A DNA stretch of 64,000 bases from Octopus vulgaris (lineage: Eukaryota), in NCBI GenBank assembly GCA_951406725.2, contig OX597825.1, forward strand, positions 63,302,001-63,366,000. The letters are read 5' to 3'. The translations under genes were made by a program, and so were the position numbers. Each line of letters begins with the position of its first letter. Within the stretch, counting starts at the first letter, position 1. The notes under the pieces were generated by a model. That model was not told where the DNA came from. It ran no database searches and worked only from the letters and a program-made list of their open reading frames with translations. This document shows, in pieces, positions 27,859-40,862 of this stretch.

Positions 27859-29376
27859 ACATGCCGGGACAAGACGACGTTTATTGAGGTAAAGTCACAG
27901 AAATTACTATACCACTACGATAAAATCTATTCAAGTGGGTTGAATTAGGATTGAAAAAGAGATCAATAAATATATTAATCCAAATTTTGGCTGCAAAACT
28001 TAGAACAATTGTATGAGAATATTATTATTCCTGATATGAGGAAATTTTAAAATTACAACTAATTGAGAGGAAGATTGGTTTGACAATATTTGAATTCAGT
28101 GTACAACTTCATTAAATTCCAACAACTTTAGTATGATTGAAATGCTTTCGTATACATTACCTTTCCGACACCTGTTTTAGAAGAATCAGATATTCTGATA
28201 AGTATACGATAACATGAAAAGCATTAAGAAATATTAGAATGTTTCTGAGACAAGGAAAACTTCCTCCAGACTAAGATCATAGATTCTGAGCGAAGAGTTT
28301 CAGTTGCTTTTAGTTAACACCTGCTTACAGAAATAATGACATATCTTATCAAAAATAGATCAATAGCTTCCAAACTAAAGATTGTATGAACATATCGTTT
28401 ATTAATCAATGCTTGTTAATTTGTCTGTATTTATCGTTTTTTGTTATTTACGTATTGATTATTGTTTGTTTAGGTTTTGGTTCTCTACTGTTAATCTCAA
28501 GGCTAGAAAATAATAAAAGAAATTGTTAGCATTATTCATTGCAATGCGACTCTAATAATCATGAACGAAAAAAAAAAAGAAACAATGAAAGCGAAAAACC
28601 AAAACTGAAAAAAATACAAAACAAGTAAAATGCTGTTATTTCTGGAAGATGTTTTAGCTGAAGGCATTATACAACAAGAACGAAAACAATAACTACAACA
28701 ACAACAACGGAAACAATAACTACAATAATAACAACAACAACAACAACAACAACGAAAACAATTACTGCGACTTCAACAACAACAGCAGCAACAACAAAAA
28801 CACAAAATACATTGCATAAAACATATCTTCTACAATGACTTGTCATAACCACCGTCCAATCTGATATCTTCTTCATATATTTACATCTCGCTAGAAACGA
28901 TACTCATGTTACAAGATACATACTGACAGGCATACAGACTAACAGGCAGCCATAAAGATCTTTTTACCTTAGAGCATATATAAATGAATAGAAAAAAAAA
29001 GAGAATAAAAATCCAGACAGTAAGAAATGGAATAATGGCTGGCTTTAGAAGATATCAATACAGGTTTAATTTTTGTGTAAGCGACAACTAATTTAATTAT
29101 TTACATCTAATAAGTTCACTCTATTTTTATGTGTCTTCTCTTTACTTTTCCAACAATTTTCTCTCCATTGCTTTCACTTTCACTTCCAAGTTTTGCTATT
29201 CATGCATAAACACATACATACATACATACATACATACATACATACATACATACATACATACATACAGCTATACACAAAGTCGTACAAAGTATAAATTGTC
29301 CATTTAAACACACACATATATACATAACATAACATAGCATAATATAATATCATACGCACACACATATAACTTAATG

Positions 29377-29409
<33 letters not shown>

Positions 29410-29672
29410 GATTAGACGCAGAGAATCAGATGTATTGTGTGTAGGTAGACAGTCTGTAACTATCTATATAACTCGATAGATACCATAGGGGTAAAAATGA
29501 AATAAAGTACACTAAAATGTATTCCGGAACTTAAGTATTCGTATCAGCAACTTGACACAAAATTCCATTACTTGGAATTTGAGAGACGCAAAAATACATG
29601 CCTGTTTGTTTTCAGCATGTGATTCTGAATAATAAACAACTCACTGCCAAGAATTCAGCATTTCAAGCGTTG

Positions 29673-29729
<57 letters not shown>

Positions 29730-30049
29730 ATATTCTATGTGTCCCTATATCAGTATTTGTATTAATCTATCTTGATACACACATACATACGCGCGCACAC
29801 ACACATACAAGGTATATAAATGACAATGTAACAAGAAAATATGTAACGAACTTCATTAGCTTGCAGTTGTTTCTTGGATAAGATGCAATGCACGTATAGT
29901 TGAGAGCTTGCGTATCACACCAAAGCTTCGTCGGAGCCTCAAAAGGTTATTAGCATAACTACTGTGTATGTATGTATGTATGTATGTATGTATGTATGTA
30001 TGTATGTATGTATGTATGTATGTATGTACACACACACACACACACACAC

Positions 30050-30087
<38 letters not shown>

Positions 30088-30090
<3 letters not shown>

Positions 30091-30456
30091 CGTAGGAGTG
30101 GCTTGGTTCCGAGTTCAGTCCCACTTCGTGGCATCTTCGGCAAGTGTCTTTTACTATAGCCTCAGCCCGACCAAAGCTTTGTGAGTGGATTTGGTAGACG
30201 GAAACTGAAAGAAGCCCGTCGTATGTATGTGTGCTTGTGTAAATGTTTGTGTGTCTGCGTTTGTCCCCCGCCCACCCAATATCGCTTGACAACCGATGCT
30301 GGCGTATTTACATCCCCGTAATCTAGCAGTTCGGCAAAAGACACCGATAGAATAAGTACTAGTCTTACAAAAATAAATCCTGGGGTCGATTTGTTCTACT
30401 AAAAAGGCGGTGCTCCAGCACAGCCACAGTAAAATGACTGAGACAAGTAAAAGAGT
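30088..30456 (+). mobile_element. SINE family A
   Basis: Family A with a short head deletion. Confidence 0.9.
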
Positions 30457-30507
30457 ATATATTTATTTATTTATACACACATGCACATGCGCATGCATGC
30501 ACACCCA

Positions 30508-30813
30508 TTTAGATGTCAACATGATATATCTTGACTTACGAAAGGCCCTTGTTACTGTGTCTCATGACAAGATATATCACATGCTGCGAAACCTTAGCAA
30601 AGCAGGTAAACTAAGAGTATGCCTGAATGGCTTCCTAAATGGCAAGACCAGGTTGTTGCAGCCAAAGGTGCCCTATCTGAAGAAACAAAAATTCTGAGTC
30701 ACATCCTGAAGGAGCTGTCTTAGGGACAGTAGTTTTTATAGCAGCTCTCTTAGATGAGCTCATAGTCATGCATACAGCCACCGTTTTTAGCTACGTCATT
30801 GATACAAAATTAA
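30508..30813 (+). pseudogene. CR1/L2-group LINE reverse transcriptase fragment
   Basis: IYLDLRKALVTVSHDKI..L..L...GKL..CLNGFL, then frameshifted PEGAVLGTVVFI...SYVIDTKL (decayed GVPQGxVLGP and YADD motifs). Confidence 0.85.
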
Positions 30814-31193
30814 CACAGACAACACACACACACACACACACATACACGCTTATATTTCCAAGAAAACTAGATATTTTATATTCAAATCGTCACGTAATCA
30901 TGGATTAATCTGAAACGCAATGGATAAATTACTTCTTAATAGAGCAATATTGTACAAGCAACTGTGCAGTGTGACAGGTAGGATGTTCTCGATATAAGGC
31001 AAAGATGCACGATTTGATCCTTGCCAGAAAATTTGATCTCTTTTTTAGTTTTCAAGGTGGTTGGTGTTTATCACTTTCTCCTTCATTCTCTCTTTCTACC
31101 TTCCGCCTCTTTGTCTTACCAACCTATGCACGGATAAAATGCATGTAATTCATGTAATATATGCATGTAAGTTATGTATACAATGTACTGTTT

Positions 31194-31228
<35 letters not shown>

Positions 31229-31399
31229 GTATGTATATATATATATGTATAGCTATATATATATATATATATGTATAGCTATATATATATATATATATGT
31301 ATAGATATATACATATATATATATACGTATATATATATATGTATATATATATGTATATATATATATGTATATGCATATGTATATGTATATATATATATG

Positions 31400-31431
<32 letters not shown>

Positions 31432-32315
31432 TATATATATACATATATATATACGTACACACATATAAATATGTGTATATGTATGAATTAGCTGTTTATT
31501 TATAGTTTTTCCAGAGTTCAGCACTGTTAGCTTTGTAGGAAATTTACTCAGTTCATGACAAAAGCAAGTAACGAATTTCAGTGAAGCACAGAAGCATGTT
31601 GAGGTACAAATGCTTCAAGGAGTGTTCATAAAAATAGGGAGACATAGTTCAATAGTTATCGGGTGCAGGAAACTGAGATAACCATTTCTTTCTTTTCCTG
31701 ATATTTCATCCAAATACTTAGTTCTCTCGGAAGAAGCGTTCACGATTTTCGATGCTTGTCATCTCGCACATTTTAGCTTTAACTGAGATGAGTTGCTTAA
31801 ACCTTTTGCATACTTCTAAACTGAACTCCGTTTTTTTTTTCTATAGAAATTATATTTTATTACAATTTTTATCCCTTTACATTTTCAGTAAATTTAATTT
31901 TGTCTTTCTTGTGTTTTTGATTCTATCTTATGTAGTGAATTTTCCATTTTTAGTGTAAGATATGGAACAATGTGAGTTGTCCTCGATTCTGCCACTGCCA
32001 CTAGAAGTATAACATTATTCAGTCTTTCAATGTATCGCTATTTATGAAGGAGGGTTACTGGTAGAATCGTTAGCACACTGGGCAGAATGCTTAACGGTAG
32101 TTCACCCATCGCTACGTTCTAGGCTAAAATTCCGCCGAAGTCGACTTTGCCTTTAATCTTTTCGGGGTTGATAATGAATTTCTTCAAATTCTTTATACGC
32201 TCTCCTAATTTTTATTCTTCCTCCTTAATTCCTCAACTTGAACTCTGGTTGTTGATCATGATCTTGTATTTTATGTTCCGTCAGTGCTTGAGTTGGTGTA
32301 ATTATATTTTAGGTG

Positions 32316-32351
<36 letters not shown>

Positions 32352-32354
<3 letters not shown>

Positions 32355-32464
32355 CTTGCTCGCTTAGCCAGCGGGGTGGCGTCATTCAAAGGCTAAAACA
32401 ATGCGAATGAATTGTGACCAGCGATGTGTAACAACATCTGATGGTCTGGTCGGTCACGTGATCC

Positions 32465-32470
<6 letters not shown>
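32352..32470 (+). mobile_element. ~120-bp structured element inserted in (TA)n, copy 1
   Basis: Highly similar to 45947-46068; both copies are flanked by (TA)n. Confidence 0.85.
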
Positions 32471-32516
<46 letters not shown>

Positions 32517-33352
32517 AATTTGTCTATAATTCTAAATCTCTATATTGCTCTATGACCTTTTTTGTAAATCCGCATCGCACCGACCCTGTCTTTCATCTCA
32601 TCCCCGTTTTGAAAACTAGCTCTAGTTTAATCTCCTCAACCGTTTTGAAAACTAGGCTTTATGAGAACCAGATATATGGAAGACTCCTCCTTTTGTTTTC
32701 GTACAGAAAGCTATGGGCTACGGGGGTTGAATTATTCGTGATATACGTCTCCTGCATTTGTCTCTCGGAGAATTGTCTTAAATTTGAGAGCTTCTGTTCG
32801 AGTAAGCTTTGTAGAATAAATATTTTTGCTGTTGTCTGTCTAGTGAAAATTGTTTTTTTTTCCCTTTACCTGTTCATTGTTTACATTATAAATCTCTTCG
32901 TTTCTGTTTACTGAGTTACTTTACCAAGTGTCAATATGTGTATGATATATTTTTTATAATTATAACTATTTAACCGTCATGTTCAAAATTTTTTTTCCTT
33001 TTTTAGAGTCCATAATTATATTTTTTATAGCTTGCTAAACTTTTTGTGTCAAATGTTTGGAGACGTGCAACAGCTAGTACTTATAAAGTTAGCACCTCTC
33101 AACAGACGGCGAAGCTATATTTCTTTCTACAAGTAAACGAAACTTTTACAAAATAAATAACATATAAAGAATATTCTAGAGAAATACCATAAATTTTGTA
33201 TCTGAAGTTAAAAAGGTACGAAGTTGTAAAATGTTTTAAACAAAGTATAAACGATAAATCATATTCACCGAAAACTGTGTTTGTGACATATGTATTCTCT
33301 TCATAGCATATTATTATCATCATTATCATCATCATCATCATCATAATCATCG

Positions 33353-33404
<52 letters not shown>

Positions 33405-33414
33405 TACTATTGCA

Positions 33415-33590
33415 AATTGTTTAACGACACTTTGTCAGTCTTTACGTTCTGAGTTCAAATTCCGCCGAAGTCGATATTACCTGTCATCCTTTCGGGGTTG
33501 ATAAATTAAGTACTAGTTAGGTACTGGGGTCAATGTAATCGACTAAATCACTTTCACCAAATTTGAAGCCTTGTGCTTCCAATAGGAAGG
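33415..33590 (+). mobile_element. SINE family B fragment
   Basis: tacgttctgagttcaaattccgccga...tcatcctttcgggg core. Confidence 0.8.
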
Positions 33591-33604
33591 ATTATTATCA
33601 TTAA

Positions 33605-33641
<37 letters not shown>

Positions 33642-34383
33642 GTTGTTGTTGTTGTTGTTGGTCTATCGACACATACTGCACATCGTTCCCGTAATTTTGT
33701 AGATATTTACGTTGTTACACAAAGTTATATATTGTATATTTGTTATCTTTATATAGATAAACTAACCAGGGCCTTAAGGAGCAGGTTAGGTGATCTCAAT
33801 CCGTAGCCCGTAGTGGATGAATCGGTGTTTGCTTAGGAAACACGCCCTTCAATTTTTTTTTATAAAGAAATATGGCGGACGAGGGTTGCTCGTCTGCTGA
33901 AAAGAACAGACTTTTATCCGCAGAACAGAACAGCCCGTTTTCAAAAGTCAGCAGCGACAGTGACAACAACAATAAAAACAGCAACAACAACAACTCAAGC
34001 ACAGGAAATTTATGAAAGTAACTTTCTGCTCCCCAAAATTTGAGCACCACTATCATAGGAAGAACTAACGAGAAGTTGCTGTTCAAGAATTTGGACCTGG
34101 AGATCTCCATTTCCAGCGACTTCGAGGGCCACCTCCCAGTGGTGTCGGGCGTCAATGAAGAGCCCTCGACTACAACAAGATGACCAAAGATTTTTTTTTT
34201 CCAAGGTCTGGGCTATCCCGCCCCTAAGCCCTAGACCATCAACTAATCACCTTTACCCGTCTTCTTGCTTAACAACAACAACAACAACGAGAAGTAGGAC
34301 AACAAAAAGTATCAACAACACTGGCGAGAACAGTACCAACTTCACAACCACCATCACGACAACCACCAGTAGCAAAAGCAAGT

Positions 34384-34745
34384 GAAGGCGCAATGGCCCA
34401 GTGGTTTGGGCAGCGGACTCGCGGTCGGAGGATCTCGGTTTCGATTCCCAGACCGGGCGTTGTGTGTGTTTATTGAAAGCGAAAACACCTAAAGCTCCAC
34501 GAGGCTCTGGGAGGGGGGGTGGTGGCGACACCTGTTGTACTCTTTCGCCCCAATTTTCTCTCACTCTTTCTTCCTGTTTCTTGTCCCCGACTTCCTACGC
34601 AACGGCTGAGCCTGGATGCGCATTCATCCATCCGTCGATGCTCTCGGTGTCGGGGGTTGACCTGCTTTCTCTTCTGTGGGTCTTACGAATAGCAAAGGAC
34701 CACGTTTCGGACTTCTCCCATCTTGCGAGCTCAGAGACGAAGACC
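34384..34745 (+). mobile_element. SINE with family C head and a third tail type
   Basis: gaaggcgcaatggcccagtgg...ttcgattcccagaccgggcg head; diverges from the other C copies after cttcctgtttct. Confidence 0.85.
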
Positions 34746-35035
34746 GTTCGCTCAACAGCAACAGTAGCAACAGCAAGCCTACCACCACCAACACTGCTAA
34801 CAATATCATTAATGAGGAAAACCAGAAAAATAGAAAATGAACAAAGCAAATCTGCTGTTAGCGATTTCGACGACTAGACGCAGCAAATGAATGAAGAAAT
34901 TTTCATAAAGAAAATTAAGTTTCAAGTGAAAAATGTATGTTAGAGAAATGAGGTCTAAATGTGGCACTGAATGTCCCCAGATCTGTCTAGCAACAAGCAA
35001 ATTTGAATACAATTCTGTTGGGACAAGAAGTAGAA

Positions 35036-35433
35036 TAGTAGAATAGAAGCACTCCGTCGGTTACGACGACGAGGGTTCCTGTTGATCCGATCAACGGAAC
35101 AGCCTGCTCGTGAAATTAACGTGTAAGTGGCTGAGCACTCCACAGACACGTGTACCCTTAACGTAGTTCTCGGGGATATTCAGCGTGACACAGAGAGTGA
35201 CAAGGCCGGTCCTTTGAAATACAGGTACAACAGAAACAGGAAGTAAGAGTGAGAGAAAGTTGTGGTGAAAGAGATCACCACCAGCAGGGATCACCACCAT
35301 CCCCTGCCGGAGCCTCGTGGAGCTTTAGGTGTTTTCGCTCAATAAAGACTCACAACGCCCGGTCTGGGAATCGAAACCGCGATCCTATGACCGCGAGTCC
35401 GCTGCCCTAACCACTGGGCTATTGCGCCTCCAC
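35036..35433 (-). mobile_element. SINE family C, full length
   Basis: Near-identical to 53150-53542; TSD acaagaagtagaa (35023-35035 / 35434-35446). Confidence 0.95.
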
Positions 35434-35690
35434 ACAAGAAGTAGAACAGAACAGGTAACACACCAGAAAATCGCCAACGGTCGGCTACCAATTTATAGAT
35501 ACAGGGGGAATATATGGAACTGTCGAAATGAGGTTCGTCTCGGAGGAAGAAGCCAAAAAACACTCAATAATCAACCTAACAAGCGACAAACTCATCCTCA
35601 TTTCCATTTAATTTAGCCGAATAACTTTTTAGAATAAAAATATTAAATATACCACCAAAAATCCGTGCTGATAGAGATGCAGCACGGATT

Positions 35691-35741
35691 TTTGTCAGTG
35701 AACAGGTCGCGGTCTTAAAGCGACGAAAATATTTTGACAAA
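35691..35741 (+). ncRNA. Candidate minimal type I hammerhead ribozyme with swapped G3:C8 core pair
   Basis: Stem I tttgtca/tgacaaa; core GUGAACA-G; stem II gtcgc/gcgac; GAAA; palindromic ATAT loop closed by A15.1-U16.1; predicted cut after U35734. Confidence 0.7.
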
Positions 35742-36259
35742 TTAAAATTAAATGTTGAAGTGAATCGAACGGCTTTTGTGTGTTTCTTAAATGGCTTACA
35801 AACACCTTCGGCGGAATTTTTTTGTTCCAGAACGATCACGGCAGACGAAATACCGCTATGAAATATCTAAATATACCACCCAAAATCAACATCTCTTGGT
35901 TTGTGGCAGCGGTTCTTTTCGACATTGAAGAGAAAAACAGTATTCTGCAGCTGCAGAGGATACAGCAGCAGAATTGGTAGAGACAGGGTGTACAGCTTTT
36001 AATACAGGCAGATAAGCCAAGTGTCGAGGCCATCTCGGACTTCATAACCCTACAAGATGGCACAAAGTTTCACATGACTGCTGAGGGTAGAAAACAGATG
36101 TGTCTGCTGGGTGGAGACACAATCACTTCGAAACTTCTTGGATATAGCAAAGGAAACCAACACTGCTGCCAACGCCATCACCGCCATCGTCACCGCCGCA
36201 ATGATGATGATAATAATAATAATAATAATAATAATAATTATTATTATTATTTCTATTGG

Positions 36260-36460
36260 AAGCACAAGGCCTCAGATTTGGAGGAAGGAATTAAGTCGAT
36301 TACATCGACCACAGTGCGTAACTGGTACTTAATTTATCAACCCCGAAAGGATGAATGGCAAACTCGAACCCGGCAACATTTGAACTCAGAACGTGAAGAC
36401 GGACGAGATAACGAAAAGCATTTTTCCCGGCGTGTTTATGATTCTGCCAGCTCGCTACCC
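36260..36460 (-). mobile_element. SINE family B
   Basis: Matches the 2394-2590 subtype. Confidence 0.85.
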
Positions 36461-36474
36461 TAGTAATAATAATG

Positions 36475-36555
<81 letters not shown>

Positions 36556-36802
36556 GCAACAATAATAAAACTTTAGGCACAAGGTCTCAAACATCAGGGG
36601 AAAGGGGTACTTGATTGGAACTTATTTTATCGACTCCGAAAATATGAAAGGCAAATAATAATATTCACTGTTTAGAGTACTGCAAAGAGACGGCCAGTAA
36701 CATTTGTAGCAGTACTAGTATAGCTACTACTACTTCTACTACTACTACTACTACTGATGCTTCTGCTGCTGCTGTGGCTGCTACTTCTACATGCTGCTGC
36801 TG

Positions 36803-36838
<36 letters not shown>

Positions 36839-38170
36839 ATACTGCTGCTGCTACTCTGGAATGTCAGAACGTCTTAGATATGTTAATATTTATTTTGAAA
36901 ATGACTTTGGACCACAAGTCAACATAACAGTTTAGAAAATTAGTTGAACTGTGTAGTATTTGGAAGAGGTTTTATATAATTATATGCCTTTTTCCTGCAA
37001 GCTAAATGAATACATATTAGGCCTCTTTATTTTCTCTTCTAATAATCCAATCGTCAGATAGTATCTCCTGCTGGTACACGATTATCATTGCTTCAAGCCT
37101 GCTAAATCTCCCGATGATTGCATATTGTTCGATATTCATTGTGTATGAACATTTCCACGAACTTTCAAAGACAGAGCTGGTGTGAAAAGTAGCGAACCTA
37201 ACTATTTTCCTTTATTAGAATGCAGTTCTTGTTATGAAATTAACAATATTTGCCCGGTGAACTAGCTCTTATCAACTAATGATCTAACAATTTTTTCCCC
37301 GTTTTCGTTATGAAATATCCAAACGCAGATTGGTTACGTAAAATAACGTCTTGTGAATTACATTATAAAACGAAACATTGGCTCTTCTTGTAAATAGCTG
37401 AAAAAATATTCCTTTGTTTACTACATTTCCATATAAATCAGGAAATTATATTTGACTACGTTCTTTACAGTACAGGTAGTTATCAGACGATGATATACAA
37501 GTGGATTTCATATTGTGTTTTTTTGCATGTTTTTGCAATATTACAATGAAAGCGAAGTGAGAATCGAATCATTACAGGACAGATTTTGCCGTTACTTTAT
37601 TTATACGCAATATATTATCCAATGTGACCTTCCTTTTGAGACACTATCATATGATTTGAATAAGATGTTTTCAATGAAACAACAGTATAGAATTCCCTTC
37701 TTGGCTCTTTATATATCAATTGTTAAAGATTTGAATTAACTCTCCTAACAAATACACTCAAGTCTATTTTAAAAGCAATCAACGAATCCTTTCTGGTATA
37801 AAAACTGGCTTCCTGGAACAAACAGTTTTATGCAGAGGAACCAACAAGGGAGTGTGTAGGTTGTGTCTAGTTAAAAATTGTAGACGAATATAGTAGGTCT
37901 TATACTCATAGGATCCCTATACATGAGAAGACGAGATAGTTTAAACTAGAATAACTTAGATAATATGATTGCTCAGTGAAAGCTGATCTGGGGCTAAACA
38001 AAGACAAATTTTCAGTCACCGTCCTTCCTGTGTATCACACGCATCTCTTGCATTAAAATATTATTCAATTCTTTCGTATTCACACTGCACTATCATATTC
38101 ACATCAATCCATGTTTTTATTTTTCCAACAAAGATTGAGTCGCCGATGAAAAGAGCGAAGATCTCCCCAG

Positions 38171-38214
<44 letters not shown>

Positions 38215-38297
38215 CTTATATGTATGTATTTACAATTCTATAAGAATATATATGCATGTATCTACCTAATTATTTATCGGTATATATGCATATATAT

Positions 38298-39231
38298 AGA
38301 TAAAACTTACTTGGAATAGGATGCGTGGCTTTCGATCATATAATAATATAAATATATGCATATATACATACATATATGTACACACCTACATCTATATATA
38401 TATATATATATATATATATGAATCTAAGGGTACAGGACATAAAAAAAAAACGTTGAACACAATGAGAAACGAAAACATAAAAACAAAAACATGGAAACGA
38501 ACTATTTTCAAACACTGAAAAAAACAGAGTACAAAATATACAATACAAGGAATATTTCCCTTCTGCAGTTGTCCCTGTTTCGTCTACTCCGAATTTCGAA
38601 GGTAAGGACAAGACGCGACTTCTTTGAAACAGTCCTTCCCGCAAAGCAAATTGAATATCATTTGGGATTTTTTGCGGAGGAGTAAAAGTGGTAAAAAGAA
38701 CAGGAGAGTAAGAACAAAACAAGACAATAAAAACAATAAAAGTAAAAATATTAAAAGACAAAACAAAGAGAATAACACAGTAAAAACAAACGATGAGGGC
38801 TGTTAGGTCAAGACGATGGAAAAATTATTTTGAACGCTTGACGAGACAGCTTATGAGAGAGACACGAAAAGCGGTCTTGTCTTGGTGTAGATAGCAGTTG
38901 GAAAGATGGCTTCCTTCTGATCACGTGTCAGTGATGAGAGAGTCGAGGAGGAGGAGCAAGAGACAGAGAACAGTGAAGGGGAGTGAAGAATATGGAAGGG
39001 TGGGAGAGAAAAACAGAAAGCACGAAGAACAAGAGAGGGAGAGAAATAGACAGAAGAGTGCGCATCATAATTATTAAGATAAACCTTACTTCGAAAAGGA
39101 TGCGTGGTGTTAGATCATATACTAATATGAATAATATATAAATATATGCATATATACATACATATATGTACATACCTACATCTATATGTATATATACATG
39201 CATATATGTGTACAGGGCATAAAAAAAAACG

Positions 39232-39233
<2 letters not shown>
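38298..39233. mobile_element. Non-coding element with ~157-bp direct terminal repeats (period ~779 bp) in TA-rich flanks
   Basis: agataaa.cttactt.gaa.aggatgcgtgg...tacagg.cataaaaaaaaacgtt at 38298-38454 and 39077-39233. Confidence 0.8.
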
Positions 39234-39279
<46 letters not shown>

Positions 39280-39811
39280 TGTCCGTTTGTCGGACAGTTT
39301 TGGGTTAGAATCAGCTTTATTAAGTATACACACACACAACACACACATAAGAGCGTAGTTCACTAGAAAAGCATTGTAGTATCGAAGAAAGAAAAAAGAG
39401 ATGGAAAAATAAGGAAGTTTCTAACAATGCAGAAAGTTCTCCAAAAAAAGTTTCTATTTCAAGCGCCAAGACCCATCTTCAAAAGAAAATAGTCCTGGAA
39501 ATATTCAGCCACACTGATTTGGCTCTTATACTGTAAGGTGTCTTTGTCTTCTTATTCTGTCCTTCATAACCGTTTCACAGCCAGTGTCGGTCTGTTTACA
39601 TCCCTGTAAATTAGCGAGCGATTAGGCAAAAAAAAAAAACTGGTTGAATAAGGACCGGGCTTAAATATTACTACAGAGTTCGTTGTCTTTCGCTACAAAT
39701 TATTCAAGACGAAGCCCAGAGCATGACTGACACAAATGAAAGACAAAATACATATACATATATACACACATATATATATATATATATATAAATATATATA
39801 TATATACATAC

Positions 39812-39842
<31 letters not shown>

Positions 39843-39954
39843 CATATATGTATATATATACATATATATATATGTATGTATATAAGTATATGTATATATA
39901 TATATATGTGTGTATATATATATGTATATATATACATATGTACATTTACTTGAT

Positions 39955-40157
39955 ATCATCATTTGACTGCGGCCATGCTGGAGCACCGCTTTCAACAGTT
40001 TTAGTCGAAGAAACTGACCTCAGGACTTATTCTTTGTAAACCTAGTACTTATTCTTTCCGTCTCTTTAGTCGAACCGCTGATTTATGAGGCCATAAACAT
40101 ACCAGCATCGGTTGTCAAATGATGGCGGAGGGACAAACACGGACAGACACACATAAG

Positions 40158-40192
<35 letters not shown>

Positions 40193-40559
40193 AGGAGCTT
40201 CTACACGACTAGAACTGTTTCATTCAAAAGATTCCTGATGATTTCTTTTGAATGAAACAGTTCTAGTCGTGTAGAAGCTCCTTCTATAAAATAAATTAAT
40301 TTACTCTGCTATGTATTGAGTACCTTATTTATTGTGGTTAACCCCGATTCAACCCGGGACCTACATATATATATATATACATGCATACATAAATATACCT
40401 CGTGCTTATTTCAGTTTCTGTCTACCAAATCCACTCACATGGATTTGGTCGGGCCGATGCTATAGTAAAAACACTTGCACAAGTTGCCACGAAGTGAGAC
40501 TGACCTGGAACCATGCAAATGGGAAGCAAGCTTCTTACCACATAGCCATGCCTGCGCCT
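39955..40559 (-). mobile_element. SINE family A split by an insertion in its internal (TA)n
   Basis: Tail half at 39955-40155 and head half at ~40400-40559. Confidence 0.85.
40192..40283. repeat. Perfect 40-bp-arm hairpin with 12-nt loop, overlapping a hammerhead-like motif
   Basis: Arms 40192-40231 and 40244-40283 are exact reverse complements; the loop contains CTGATGA. Confidence 0.95.
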
Positions 40560-40560
40560 A

Positions 40561-40591
<31 letters not shown>

Positions 40592-40594
40592 ATT

Positions 40595-40765
40595 TATTTA
40601 TTTATTTTGGTTCTTTTCTTCCCTTTTACGATCCCTCTTGATCGAAAACCTACGCCACCCCCTTTTTTTTGTTTCGTTTGTTTTTTGTTTTTTTCATCCC
40701 CCAAAAGAAAAGCTCTACCTTGTAACTTGTCCCATCTGTGTGCAGCCCTGTGTGGCCAATAAAGA

Positions 40766-40769
<4 letters not shown>
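40595..40769 (+). mobile_element. LINE-like 3' end (AATAAA then microsatellite), copy 1
   Basis: Nearly identical to ~47965-48130. Confidence 0.8.

Positions 40770-40862
<93 letters not shown>

Larger units (their letters stand above)
33872..36190 (+). pseudogene. Decayed Tx1/L1-like LINE ORF1 (gag-like), interrupted by three insertions
   Basis: Starts MADEGCSS; later GTVEMRFVSEEEAKKHS..LIL..RIKILNIPPKI[insert]NISWFVAAVLF..QNW*RQGVQLLIQ..ISDFITLQDGTKFHMTAEGRKQMC (degenerate zinc-knuckle onset). Clade assignment is by recalled similarity. Confidence 0.65.

Noticed and set aside
31682-31817. Possible minus-strand exon
   Set aside because: Stops in the two frames I translated and a purine-rich acceptor context.
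32360-32400. Possible HDV-like ribozyme in the 120-bp element (ttagcc...gaa-ggctaa)
   Set aside because: The intervening sequence is too short for P3/L3/P1, and the CGAA junction is not intact in either copy.
32523-33077. Possible Helitron (TC start, CTAG|T end)
   Set aside because: No convincing subterminal hairpin.
34695-34745. Minus-strand hammerhead-like string cgcaaga-tg-gga(gaag)tcc-gaaacg in a SINE C variant tail
   Set aside because: Core positions U4 and G5 are wrong and no stem I pairs.
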